From Podarcis muralis (Eukaryota), in assembly GCF_964188315.1 (NCBI RefSeq), contig NC_135657.1, positions 88,412,001-88,476,000 on the forward strand: DNA of 64,000 bases. The letters are read 5' to 3'. The position numbers were made by a program, and so were the translations under genes. The notes below the pieces were generated by a model. It did not search any database and was not told the DNA's origin. It saw only the letters and a program-made list of their open reading frames with translations. This document shows positions 37,845 through 49,743 of the stretch, in pieces (the stretch's first letter is position 1; every line of letters starts with the position of its first letter).

Positions 37845-39143
37845 ATGGGGAAGCCGCTGAGCAGGCCAGACTGTTTACGCCAGAATCCTCCTTGTGTAGG
37901 AAAAGGTGATGAAGAAGAAGAGGATATAAATATTGAGGACTGTTATGTTCCCCAGAGGTCAATCTATGACACAGTGCGGCTGAATGAACAGATTGACTCA
38001 GGTTCTAAAGGCAGCCTCTCCTCCAGGCATTTCTCAGATCGGACTTTGCCGTATAGTCATAGAACACTGGACCTTAGTACATTGTGCTCCAATGGTGCCC
38101 TCTCCTCCTCTAGTGTCTTTGAACTCAGAGGACGGGAAGCCAATAAGCTAGATGAAAAAATGATCTTTGATGCCCTTAAGCTGAACAGTGACATCATTCG
38201 AACAGCTGGCTTGCCCAAAGCAAAGTATCACACAGAAAAGAAAGAACATAGGAGGTCCTGGAGGATGCTTGTCCCACCAAATTTTGCAGACTATGCAAAT
38301 AAAAGTGAGTGCTCACTTGCTGGGACTGTTGATGTGTCCGACTTAGCAGCAACAGGCCAGGTCAAATGTGGGACCAGTTCTCTAACTTCCGAAGAAGATG
38401 ACTCTGGTCTGTGCAGTCCTCCAGCAGAAAGAGAAGAAAAACAAGATGTGCTAGAAGGGGAACAAACTCAGTTTAGGAGCATATCTTCCATAGACGATAA
38501 TCAGTTCATAGGTAAATTTGGATCATTTTCTCCTACCATTTCTAGTAGTGAACATCAAATTTCATTGCTTACCTCCAGAAGTGCCCCTACCAGTGGACAC
38601 TGTCGAGTAAAATTGCAGAATGCTTCACATATAGAGCAAGAATCTTTCTGGAACTATGAGGGCAACCAAGGGGAAGGAGATGGACATTGCAGTCCACTGA
38701 CATATTTGAAAGAAGACCTCTTAGCACATCCAGCATGGCTCCAGGATGGTGAGAGGGAACATGATTTCACTTTAGACAAAGAGGAAGTGAGGAACAGCGC
38801 TGAAGTTAATGAGCCATTAGACACCCAAGACAGGATGATTGAAAAGGACCTCCTGGATATTGCAACTCAGGATATAGATATTTATGATGATGATGATGAT
38901 GATGATGCAGCTTTACATGCTAGTGATACGGACTTAGTAAAATATGTGATTTTGCATGAAACTGAGGAAAGTAATATGGCCCATACAAGTGCAATAGAAT
39001 TGTCCTGTCAGGCTTTAGAGGCTAATAATACCACATGCTGTCAAAAAGCAAATCCAATCAGCGCTGAATTCAGCTTTTGGACTACAGGCATGCAAATAGA
39101 ACAAACCTTGGATACAGTGTGCAATGGCATGTTGTCTTATAAG
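37845..39143 (+). CDS. DST: Putative alternative first coding exon of DST, KIAA0754-like, 433 codons, phase-0 donor
   Basis: Stop-free non-repeat ORF; ATG in gcagaaATGG context; AAG|gtaatt donor at 39143/4 in phase with exon 43244; N-terminus MGKPLSRPDCLRQNP..IEDCYVPQRSIYDTVRLNEQID resembles recalled KIAA0754 N-terminus. Confidence 0.8.
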
Positions 39144-40520
39144 GTAATTCCAAACTTAAATGCATTCTTTTCATGCTGCAGGGTGGGTTATTTTTTATTT
39201 TATAATTTTTTCTTCTGTAATTGCATCATGAATGCTTATGTTTAGATTTTGCTAATCTACCCAAAGAGCTCCTTTAGAATCATTTGCCCAACAAGTTATT
39301 AGAAGGCAGAAATTGGCGAGATGGTCACTTCAGTAAATTGATTAAGGGCAGTTTGTGACAGGGTTGATTGCTTCCAGCTGTTTGGTTGCATGGCTATTTA
39401 TTGTCCAGATGGTGCCTGTTACCCTTTATTTGGAATGCTTCCACCAGGCATTGATGTTCAGCACCCCCTCCTCCCCTCCCCTCAAATTATGTTTCAAGCA
39501 GCCAATGCCATTCAAGGGCAGATAGGCCTTCCCTATTCAGATTTAACCAGATTTCAGCTGCAGCCATATACTGTACACACTTTCATGGGAGTAAGGCCCA
39601 TTAAACCCAACGGGCATGCTTCTTCTGAGCTGACAAGTATAGGATTGCACTGTTCATCATAAAGGTATACACAACGATGCTCAGATTGCTGCGGTTTCCA
39701 AAGTACACAGATTAAAGGCTTGTTGCACGTACTGAAATTATTTCCTTGCATCTTCATGCCAAAAAGTAGTCCTAAAGTTGTAGGGGATTTTTTACAAGAG
39801 ATCTTGTAACATTTACTGAGCGGTGAATGAAGTAAGGAAGTAGAAAACAGCTTTGTAATAAGCATGGGGAGCTTGTGAAGTCTTTAATTTAATTTTGTTC
39901 TTTTTGTTTTTGGTCACTCTGATCTGGTTGTGTCTTGAGTTATTTTAGGAGTTGTTGCTAAGCTGTTCTGGCAAACTCTAGCCTCAATTCCTACTTTTGT
40001 GAGTGGGTATGTGTATCTAAACAACAAATCAAGGGGAACAACTCGGTTTGGATTGCTATGGAATTGTCTTAAAAATATATGAACATCTGAAATAGAGGAG
40101 AGTTGGATTGAAGGACCGCGTTACTAGTTCCATGGGCCTAAACTGGAGCAGGACTTGTGTTTCTCACACAGCAACCTCAAACACAGGAAGCTTCTTTTGA
40201 AAGAGAGGGGAATTTCAAAAGTAGTTTATGGAACCTGGGGTGTGTACATGTGCCTGCCTGTTTGATTGCCAAAGATACTACTGAGCTAACACTTGGGTAT
40301 GTGTAAATTAGCTTTTACATCCCAGCCCTTGTTTATTTCTCTAAAGTAAAGAGAACTTGCCCATATTATATATTATTTTGTGGGAAAGGTAAGACATGTT
40401 TGCTGTTTTCAACTACTTGGTTCCTCAGAACTCTGCTTTATAATGTCCCCCCCCCCCCCAACAAATCCCACAATGTCCTGCAAATAGGTAGTGCTATTGA
40501 GTGCAGCAAAAACAGCATTA

Positions 40521-40524
<4 letters not shown>

Positions 40525-40559
<35 letters not shown>
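40525..40559. repeat. (TG)n microsatellite
   Basis: Directly visible. Confidence 0.97.
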
Positions 40560-40560
<1 letters not shown>

Positions 40561-42019
40561 CCTGGTTGCTACTATGTAACACACCACCGTGTCTGAGGAT
40601 TATTGCATGTAGTCTCAAACGTGTGTGGGCTGCCCATGTTCGGACTTAAGTTCCTCACTGCCTCTGCAAAACCCCCTTCTCCCGGTTATTCGAGTGGATT
40701 TAAGGCCTCGAGGAGAGATGGGTCATACACTGTCCTGTGTGTCAAATGTGCTTGCTGTGTGTTGAAGTGCTGGCTGCTGTTATGACGTAAACCTAGGTGT
40801 GAAAATGTGCTGTTTGCAGACTATCCTAGAAAATCTGGGTTTCTTACACAATGTGCATAGCAAGTTTCTTTTTTCCTACTAGTGTTGTGCTTGGCCATTT
40901 TGGTGTACAATTTATGTATCCCATCTTGGGGAGGCTTCTTATCATTTTTGTTTTCAATTATGTGAGCATAAAAATTACTTAGGGCTGATATTGAGGTACA
41001 TCAACTATAAACATGCTTTATTTTCAGACTGTTCTAGGAATTTGGGTGTCCTGGGCTCCTTGAGTGTCTAGCTCCTAGGTTCTGAGGAATAACTTTAGCC
41101 ATACTGAGGTACACTTGTAGTATCCCCATAACATTGCTTGTATTAAGGGAATGATGTTACTAGTGGCAGCTGAAATAGATATTCAGGATGTGAGCCATAT
41201 TTGCTAGTAAAGCTATAATAATAAAGCTCAGTACAGTATTGCAGTACAATGGCTTCACAATATTTTGCTGACTATAGTGAAATTGCTGCCAAGGGACAGT
41301 GTCTGTAGTAGCAGTAGAAGAAGAAAAAGAAGATTTTTTGGGGGGGGGAGGGGAGGGAGTACTTAAAAGGTAAGAAGCTTTAAGACCACAGTTTGTATAT
41401 CCTGGGTTCATAACCCACCAAAAGCATTTGATGCCTGTGGAATATTTTCTGTCACTAGCCTTTGCAAGTTCTCAAATGAACATCACTTAGGTTGGTGGAT
41501 TGAGTTAACCTGCATTATGATATCATTATGTGAAGCATGCTTGAATTTCTTGCCAATGAAGACCGCCTGGGAAATAAAGGGACATGGTCCCCACTGTTTT
41601 TCAGTATCTTCTAAAACAATATAACCATTACTAGTCTTATCTAGAAGGTGAATGCTGGTGTGAATGCTCATCCTCCCAGGCCATTCCTGAGGTCCAGGCT
41701 CACCATGCTATAGTGGCCCCCAAATCGTTGGATAGCGCTTGCATTTCTCCACTGTGCAGTTAGGACTGGGGCAGGTCCCTTCCTGCATGTGCCCAGCATC
41801 TCACTGCTCACTTGGTCTGTAGGAGCCACACTGTCCAACACCAGCTCCTCCCATTAGAATTAAGAGCACTGCATCATTTTTAAATGACTATGCAAATCAT
41901 TATGCACCACAGAAACATATGTTGAGCATATTCAGACGATTGATTAATTTCCTCACCAAACTTTAAGCATTTCCCTTGTCCACCGTTACTACTCGTACTT
42001 TCAAACTCTACTATATAGA

Positions 42020-42730
42020 CTCTGGGCACTGTGTATTTGGTCTTTCAGAAAGGGTTTGACAAAGTACTTCACCAAAGACTCCTTAGTAAGCTTAATCGTG
42101 GAATAAAAGGAGAGGTCCTCCTACTGTTCTACAAATAATTAATTAACTAATTAAGGAACAGGAAGCAGACAGCAGGAATAAATGGGCAGTTCTCCCAATT
42201 AAGAGATCAGCATTGGGACATGGGCTTTTAAACTTGATTATAAATTATAAAAGTGAGCAATATAGTAGCTGAGGTTGCTGATGGTACCAAGTGGTTCAGG
42301 GTGGTTAAAACAAAAAGAGATTGCAAGGAGATCCAAAGTGATCTATCCAAATTGGCTGAATCATACTAGAACCCAGGACCATAGTATGAAGCTAAATGTT
42401 GGGAGATTCAGGACAGAACTTAAGAAAGAACTTCTTCATGCAGTGAATAGTTTTAACTTTGACAAAGAAGTAGTGGTGACCATTACTGTGATTGGCTTCA
42501 AAAAAGAATTAGACAAATTGATTGAAGATAGAGCTGTCAATGGCTGCTAGCTATGATGGCTATGCTCTCTCTGTTGGAAGAAGTATGCTTCTGTACGCCA
42601 GAGTCACAAGTCCTTTTTGCACTCAAGTCCTGCTTTCAAGCTTCCCACAGGCATCTGGTTGGCCACTGTGAGAACAAGATGTTGGTCTAGATGGGCATTT
42701 GGCGTGATCCATCAGGGCTCTTATGTTTTT
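42020..42730 (+). mobile_element. CR1 LINE 3' relic with internal deletions
   Basis: tttcagaaagggtttgacaaagt (FQKAFDKV-like), TRTQDHSMKLNVGRFRTE, CR1-type 3' UTR ending ctcttatgtttttatg. Confidence 0.75.
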
Positions 42731-43243
42731 ATGGGCTACTTGTGTCTGCTGGCCATATGCAAAGGATAACTGTTTGCACAGAGTTGCATGGCCCCAAGAA
42801 GAATGGGCTATTGTGAACAGATATCTGAACAATTACTATCCACAATATGTCATCCTCTTCAGTTTGACATAGGTGTCCACAACGTGTACCTTTTGCTTTA
42901 AATATTGTTTGAGCATCTATATTAGGAAGATTCAGTATGGAGCACTATGTTTGTCTCTTCCTTCTAAATACAGTGTTTGTTTTTTTATGTAATAGCAGTT
43001 TCTTAACTCCTGTTTGGGTTAATGTGTATATAATTTACTCTGAGTTGTTTTGTGTTTACAACATTAAGAGCAATTTGACATGTACACTCTGTAGCTAAAT
43101 ACTGTCTTTCCACACTATGTTCATGACATGCTGTGTGATTTTACTACTGATACCTGCTCTGGTCGTCACTTATGCTCAGCATGTTCCAGACTTAATAATC
43201 TAAATGTGCCTTTGCCTTTCTTTCTTTTCCTTTTGATCTGAAG

Positions 43244-43405
43244 GTATTCGAGAAGGAAAAGGTTGAACCACTGCAGCTTAAGCAACAGGAGGTAAATTGG
43301 TTGGGTCAAGGCCTTATTCAGAGTGCTGCTAAAAATGCTAGTACTGAGAACCTTGAGCGTGATCTTGAGGATGTTAACACAAGATGGAAAACTCTCAACA
43401 AAAAG
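43244..43405 (+). CDS. DST: Dystonin exon ([11 protein letters not shown]...WKTLNKK), phase 0-0
   Basis: long pyrimidine tract then aag acceptor, AAG|gtacgc donor; [13 protein letters not shown]. Confidence 0.94.
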
Positions 43406-43799
43406 GTACGCTAGTTGTATTTGCACTCTTGTTTACCTTTCTAGTCTGCTGCTGTTTTTGTTTTGCTCTTATTTCTGATTTTCACTACAAAGTAGTACTA
43501 CACATTATTGTAGTAGACTGCATAATAAAATGCACAAAATCCCCAGTCCAGAACTCCATGTGTGCTCTGGTGCTCATGTAGAGCTCCTACAGAAGCAGAC
43601 TACCCTTTGTCACATGGGTACCCTGTCATTTTAATGTCTATGGAAAGAAACCTGTAGAAAGTCAAAAGCCTAAAGGAAATAGAGGATTGCAAAACATAAT
43701 TCATGGTGCTTTCTGTGTCATGCTGATTGAAGCAAAATGCCTACTCAACTGTCTTCAGCCCTATTTAGGGAAGTTTTTAATAACTGATGCTTTAATGCA

Positions 43800-43880
43800 T
43801 TTTTAATCTTTTGTTGGGAGCTGCCCAGAGTGGCTGGGGAAACCCAGCCAGATGGGCGGGGTATAAATAAAAAATTAATA
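43800..43880 (+). mobile_element. L2 3' tail
   Basis: gagctgcccagagtggctgggg..gatgggcggggtataaataaa plus AT-rich repeat tail. Confidence 0.6.
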
Positions 43881-44231
43881 TTATATTATATTATATTAAT
43901 GTCCAAATAAAGATGCGTGCATTCAAGAGGCACATGAAGTACTTAGGCTTCCCTGGGGATTATCCCTAGGCAGGTCTACCTCACACTTTGTGCACCTATG
44001 ACCTGCTGGTACAAAATGTTGTATTGTTCATACCTGTATTAAGACAATTTTAAATATTTGCTGAAGTGCACAGAATGTCACTCAAGTCAGTGAAGAGCTT
44101 CATAGTTTAGGAGTTGCTAGCCTTAAATTGTTCTTATTTTCCCTAGGGGTTGTTTGATTGACTGGAAAGATGGAAAGAGGTGTTGTGGGAAGAGGATAAT
44201 ATTTACAATGTTTTTTTTGTTTGTTTGTTAG

Positions 44232-44402
44232 GTTGCCCAAAGAGCAGCTCAGTTGCAAGAGGCACTGCTCCACTGTGGGAGGTTTCAAGATGCTGTCGAA
44301 TCTATCCTTAGCTGGCTTATTGACACAGAAGACCTTGTGGCTAATCAGAAGCCTCCATCTGCTGAGTTCAAAGTTGTGAAGGCCCAAATACAGGAACAGA
44401 AA
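44232..44402 (+). CDS. DST: Dystonin exon ([20 protein letters not shown]...QIQEQK), phase 0-0
   Basis: ttgttag acceptor, AAA|gtgagt donor; RAAQ/GRFQ/SAEFK residues as recalled for DST rather than MACF1. Confidence 0.95.
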
Positions 44403-44885
44403 GTGAGTGGAAGTTATTTATCTATCTTTAGATTAATTATATTTTCTCTGTAACCTGCTCAGTGGGGTATTTTAAACTGTTTTCAAAGCTGTGTTTTAAT
44501 GTTGTAACCCACCCGGGGCCTTAGGATGAATAGTGGGTAATTAATAACAGTAATAACATGTGGTGGCCTGGATAACAGTGTGGCTGAGTATGTATTAGAC
44601 ATGTGCTATAAGAGGTGCAGTTGCAAAAGAACTTGAAAAAAATACATCTCCATAGTCTCTGTGATCCCATCACTTAGGATGGTTGTCATGGATGCTCCTG
44701 GGGGGGGGGGTGTTTGGCTTTTTTCAGGGGAAGGTCAAATTTTCTCAACCCAATCTGTGAAATTCTCTTTAAAGATTTGCCCTTTCCTACTTTCATTTTG
44801 GAATTCTCCACTCATTTTAACAGAGGCATCCAGACTGTAGCATATTAGTGGCACAGGATCTATTAGTCCTGCCTTTTACTTGTAT

Positions 44886-44960
44886 GGCTCAGATTCAGCG
44901 GTAGACAGTGGGTTTTCCTGGGGGAAAGTGGCTAGGCAAGCGGAAGTGTGGGATGAGCCC
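44886..44960. mobile_element. Half copy of the Harbinger-type MITE
   Basis: Reverse complement matches left end of 24554; ends gatgagccc|TAA. Confidence 0.5.
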
Positions 44961-46855
44961 TAAATTGCTTTGGTTCATTCAATGAGAAAAGTGACCAAGA
45001 AATATAACAAATAGTTGGTATGTAAATTTATATCCATCTCTTCTTTCACCATGGAACTCAAAGGAGTTCCCAGGCAGTCTCCCATCCAGGCATTGATTGC
45101 ATCCTTTGTCCGGGGAAATGTGGTTTTCTTCACTTCTTTGGGAAATGTGGGGAGCTGGTGCAGACTGGGGGGGACAGAGGCCATGTATAGCACAGAGTAA
45201 ACAATCATTTCATTGGACCAGCTTTCTGTATATATTGCAAGGAAAACTCTGGAATATCTGTGCTGGTTCTTGGCATCATTTCATGCACGTGTACATTTCA
45301 CTGGATGCACATCAAAAACAATTATTTCGAGGATCAAAAGCAATCTGATGTTTGAAAAGACATCACTGATATTGTGAAAAGGGGCAGGGGGGAGAACATT
45401 GTAGAGCTACTCCCTTAAGTTGAAATAAAGTTCAAAATTTTGTCAGGGCTTCAATCCTCCTTCATCATTTTGACAACCCTCCACCCCACCCCTTCTCAGC
45501 TAATCTCTTTTTCCCATATATGCCATTCAGTGTGGACATATATGAGTTGCCTATACATATGGGTTAGTAAGGGATGAAATCTGTGCCTGGTGTCGGCTTC
45601 TGCTCCACCCCTTACTTCCTGACTTCTGTCTCTATAGAGTTTTGTAGAGTCTGTTTTGATTTAGGGTAACATCTTGTTGTGCCTGTATCTTCAGTTAATA
45701 ATGTCAAACACCCCTGCTTCAGATTGTTCAACAATTGTTTATAACACAGTTGCTGATGGATTGTTAGACCCTCACTTAAAAGGGGCGGGGAAAGAAGGTT
45801 CATATTAAATATTGAATTGGCAGTTGTGGAGTAAATACAGCACATCAAACTCTGTAACCAGATCCATAATTACTTTCCTGTTCAAAATAAATGTATGAGG
45901 AAGGAAAGAGCAGGTCACAGCATGCACAGCATCAGAGAGAAGTTGTGCTCTCTGAGCAGTCTTAACAAAAGGCAGTAGGAGAGAGGAGGGGGGATTTTTG
46001 GCTGAAACATAGAAGGCAACCCTCAGGGAAGAGCACTGCATGAAGCTTAGTGAATCAAGTCCTCAGGTTGTCTGGCCAAAGTGAGTATCCAAAGTTGCAG
46101 CTGCTCGCAACATAATAATCTCCGAAATGATCATATGTTTGTACTGAAAATTTGGGACACAATCCAGAGAAAGTTATAACATGTTTGATTCCCCATTAAA
46201 ATAATTTGGTCTTAGGAACATCATTAAGCCCTGAATTGTGTTCATCTTATTGAATGCAGCCACAAGTGTTTTGAAAGGTGAGCACTATATAAACAAACAG
46301 ATATTTCTCTGGATTGCAGTGGATAGTTGCAAACATCAACAGTGTATTGAAAAGATGGGGAGGGTTCTTATGTGAAGCGGAAAATTTCCTATCTTTTCTT
46401 TTTCCAAAATGGAAAAGCTTCCCCAAAAGTTCCCAGCACTGTTGTGTGTTATAAAATGTCCCACTGTGATTCCCCCCTCTTCCTGCACATGTCAACATCA
46501 TACCTCATATAAGGCATATATATCTGTAGCCCTTCCAGAGGCTTCCAGGATAGCATTGAAAAGAAATCTGAATGAAAACATTTGGAAGGATGCTAGACCT
46601 TTACAACCGATGCTAAGATTGGCACAGTTTGCTCGCTCTCATAATGAAATTACTTATTTATGCAATTTATGGCACTTGCATTGTAAGACTGCTGGCACCC
46701 TCACAATTTCCTGCCATCTCAGAAAATTGTTCCCTTAAGCCTGCCTCTTTTTGCCAGTAAACAAGACCTTGAAGAATCTGCCTCTCAATCTTTTTACAGC
46801 CTTGTAGTGAACAGTCATTTCCTGGCAATTTGATTTTTGATTATTTTGTCTCCAG

Positions 46856-47022
46856 CTTCTCCAGAGATTGCTGGATGACCGCAGACCCACTGTTGAACTA
46901 ATCAAGCGTGAAGGGGAGAAAATTGCAGAGTCAGCAGAGCCCGCTGATAAAGAGAAGATCTTGAAACAGCTGAGCCTCCTGGATAGCAGATGGGATGCAC
47001 TGCTTGATAAAGCAGAAACAAG
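46856..47022 (+). CDS. DST: Dystonin exon ([13 protein letters not shown]...KAETR), phase 0-2
   Basis: tctccag acceptor, AG|gtacct donor. Confidence 0.95.
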
Positions 47023-47435
47023 GTACCTGAAATGTTTGCATTCACTTAGGGGTACAGTAGGGTGTACTCCTTGATACAGCATTAGAAACTAATTTGAAAC
47101 TATAGCAACATTTTCATCCAGTTAACTGTAAGATTCGCATTTGAAGCTAAATGAGAAAATGGCTCTGAGTATATTACAAGTTTTATTTTTAGAAATTTCA
47201 GTGAAATAATATGGGGAAATCAGTATCACATAATCACCCGTTCTTGTAGTAAAGTGGATGTCTCCCATAATCTTCCAATTATGGGAACTACTTTTAGGTG
47301 TAGTTCAGAGATTTTCGAAGTAATTCAGTGAACATAATTAAACCGAAGTAGTTCTTTCCAAGCGCTGATTTTAACTTTTTAGTATTTCATACATCCCTCA
47401 TCCCGCAAAATGGGCTTTGTTTTCACATATTGTAG

Positions 47436-47595
47436 GAATCGTCAGTTGGAAGGTATCTCAGCTGTAGCACAGCAATTCCATGAAACTTTAGAACCACTGG
47501 TTGAGTGGCTAACCATCACTGAAAAGAGGCTTTCAAATTCAGAACCCATTGGAACACAGGCTTCCAAACTACAACAGCAGATTTCTCAACATAAA
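47436..47595 (+). CDS. DST: Dystonin exon ([14 protein letters not shown]...ISQHK), phase 2-0
   Basis: ttgtag acceptor, AAA|gtaaga donor. Confidence 0.95.
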
Positions 47596-47800
47596 GTAAG
47601 ATCTTAATGTGCCTTTGTAAATCAAAAGTGGAGTATTCCCCCCCCAACACATTTTTTATTACTTTGTTTATATTCTTCTTTTACCATCAAAGTTATATTC
47701 TTTTGGTTGTTCTTGAGTTGTTTTCATATTTGGTTTTATGGTTTCTTTTGTTTGCTTGTTTTTCTTTTCTTTTTCTTACTACTTTGAAAACTTCATTTAG

Positions 47801-48127
47801 GCCTTTGAGGAAGACATCGCCACTCGCAACAAAAATTTGGAGCAAGCTATTAATATTGGTCAGGCTTTAAAGGCATTGAGCTCCAAGGAAGACAAGGAAA
47901 TGGTGCAGGAGAAACTAGATTCTTCAGAAGCCCAATACACTGAGATTCGAGAGAAAAGTGGCAGTAGGGCTCAGCTTCTACAGCAAGCCTATTGCAATGC
48001 TCAGATTTTTGGAGAGGATGAAGTTGAATTGATGAATTGGCTGAATGAAGTACATGAGAAACTGAGCAAACTGGCAGTCCAAGACTACAATACTGACTTG
48101 CTTGTGAAACAACAAACTGAAATGCTG
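47801..48127 (+). CDS. DST: Dystonin exon (AFEEDIATR...QQTEML), phase 0-0
   Basis: catttag acceptor, CTG|gtattt donor; IFGEDEVELMNWLNEVH. Confidence 0.94.
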
Positions 48128-48367
48128 GTATTTCCATTTATTTTCTGTTGATTTTATTTTTCCATTTTAAGCACTATTTCATATTACTTCTCATTTTTTT
48201 ATTGTTATAGTCGTTTAATTCTGTATCCTGATCATTTATTTTTAAGCCCTTATCCTCCCCGCACCCTGCTCCAATTCTCACTCTGAGAGAATAAGTGGCT
48301 GCTTATAGACTTTCAGCTTTATAAAAGATGGCTTCTTTGATGATAAAAGCATTCTGAAATTTTCTAG

Positions 48368-48452
48368 GCTCTCCAAGAAGAGATTCTGCTCAGAAAGCAA
48401 AATGTTGACCAGGCTATACAAAATGGTTTGGAACTTCTCAAACAAACAACAG
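48368..48452 (+). CDS. DST: Dystonin exon ([16 protein letters not shown]...KQTT), phase 0-1
   Basis: tttctag acceptor, G|gtgaga donor, 85 nt; hand-translated. Confidence 0.93.
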
Positions 48453-48727
48453 GTGAGAAAGCCATGAGGAAATTAATGATTTATGGCAACAAAGACAAGT
48501 AAAGTAGAAACCTTTGGGGGCTCATTGACTCCTACTGGAACCTTTTTAAAGCTCATTTAAAAAAAAACCTTTTTTGTTCATAAGTAATGGGATAAGTTTA
48601 AAATTATGGGTGCAGTGTCTAATAAAGTTTCACAGTGTAATAGTATACCTGTCCGCTCAGAGGTAAGCATGACTGAGCTCAGCAGAGCTTACTCCCAGGT
48701 ATGTGAAAAGAAAGCAGTAATGAGAGT

Positions 48728-48890
48728 TGGTGTAGCATAGTGGTTGAGAGCATGAGCTGGGAGTCCTCAGTTCAAATTTAACCACAGCCATGAACTTCCT
48801 AGGTGACATTAGGCAAACCATTAATTCAGCCTCAGCCTTCCTGCTGTAATATTCTACTGGTCTACTGTGCAGAGCTATTGGGAAAATTTA
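48728..48890 (+). mobile_element. MIR-like tRNA-derived SINE (old)
   Basis: ggtgtagcatagtggttgagagc A-box, agttcaaat B-box, ggtgacattaggcaa core. Confidence 0.5.
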
Positions 48891-49389
48891 GGGCTGATAG
48901 GAAATTTCTCAGAAGAGAATTTCTTAACAGATGTTTGAACAGTTGGAGAATTTCACTCTACTGCTGGGGAATATATGGTGAAATAGCCTTCCAGATTTCA
49001 TCCTCTTTGAATTTTGAGCACACACTGGATCCAGTTTTAATATTGTTGTGGGGAGCAATAGACTTGGCCTCTACTCCTTCCCATTCTCCTCTCTTACTCC
49101 ATTAGTTCCATGTGTCGTTTCTGTCGGGGAGAGGGAAGGCCTTATCCTTTATGGAAATAGCATATAGATCATTTCTTTGCCTCTGGAAATTATTTCTCTT
49201 ATTTGCATTCCAGGTCTCATCACGAAATGTTGTTCTGCTAGGGACAAGACCCCCAAATTTTGGGGAGTCTTAGGGTTCAGGGATTTGTAAATGAAGTACA
49301 GTGGAGGGTGGTAAAGAAGCTTCTTAAAATTTTGAACTTAACACTAAAAGCGGCTTGAGACTTTTTTTATAGTACAGTATTCAGTTGAA

Positions 49390-49743
49390 GGGACGCGGGT
49401 GGCACTGTGGGTTAAACCACAGAGCCTAGGACTTGCTGATCAGAAGGTCTGCGGTTCGAATCCCTGTGATGGGGTGAGCTCCCGTTTCTCGGTCCCTGCT
49501 CCTGCCAGCCTAGCAGTTCGAAAGCACATCAAAGTGCAAGTAGATAAATAGGTACTGCTCCGGCGGGAAGGTAAACGACGTTTCCATGCGCTGCTCTGGT
49601 TTGCCAGAAGCGGCTTAGTCATGCTGGCCACATGACCCAGAAGCTGTACGCCGGCTCCCTCAGCCAATAAAGCGAGATGAGCGCCGCAACCCCAGAGTCG
49701 GTCACGACTGGACCTAATGGTCAGGGGTGCCTTTACCTTTACC
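49390..49743 (+). mobile_element. Sauria SINE, full length, subfamily B
   Basis: gggacgcgggtggc head, (ACCTTT)n tail, 12-bp TSD tattcagttgaa. Confidence 0.93.

Noticed and set aside
39144-39245. C-terminal 33 codons of the 475-aa ORF
   Set aside because: They follow a consensus donor and are T-rich and intron-like; probably read-through, although an unspliced form cannot be excluded.
40603-40785. 60-codon Cys-rich ORF as another first exon
   Set aside because: No convincing phase-0 GT donor and no recognisable homology.
43166-43426. Antisense ORFs overlapping DST exons (also 143-394, 23818-24051, 26331-26570, 46735-47082, 47850-48137)
   Set aside because: Expected shadow frames opposite coding exons; no independent gene signals.
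49390-49460. Functional tRNA genes at SINE heads
   Set aside because: A- and B-box-like motifs are present but belong to SINEs; no complete cloverleaf.
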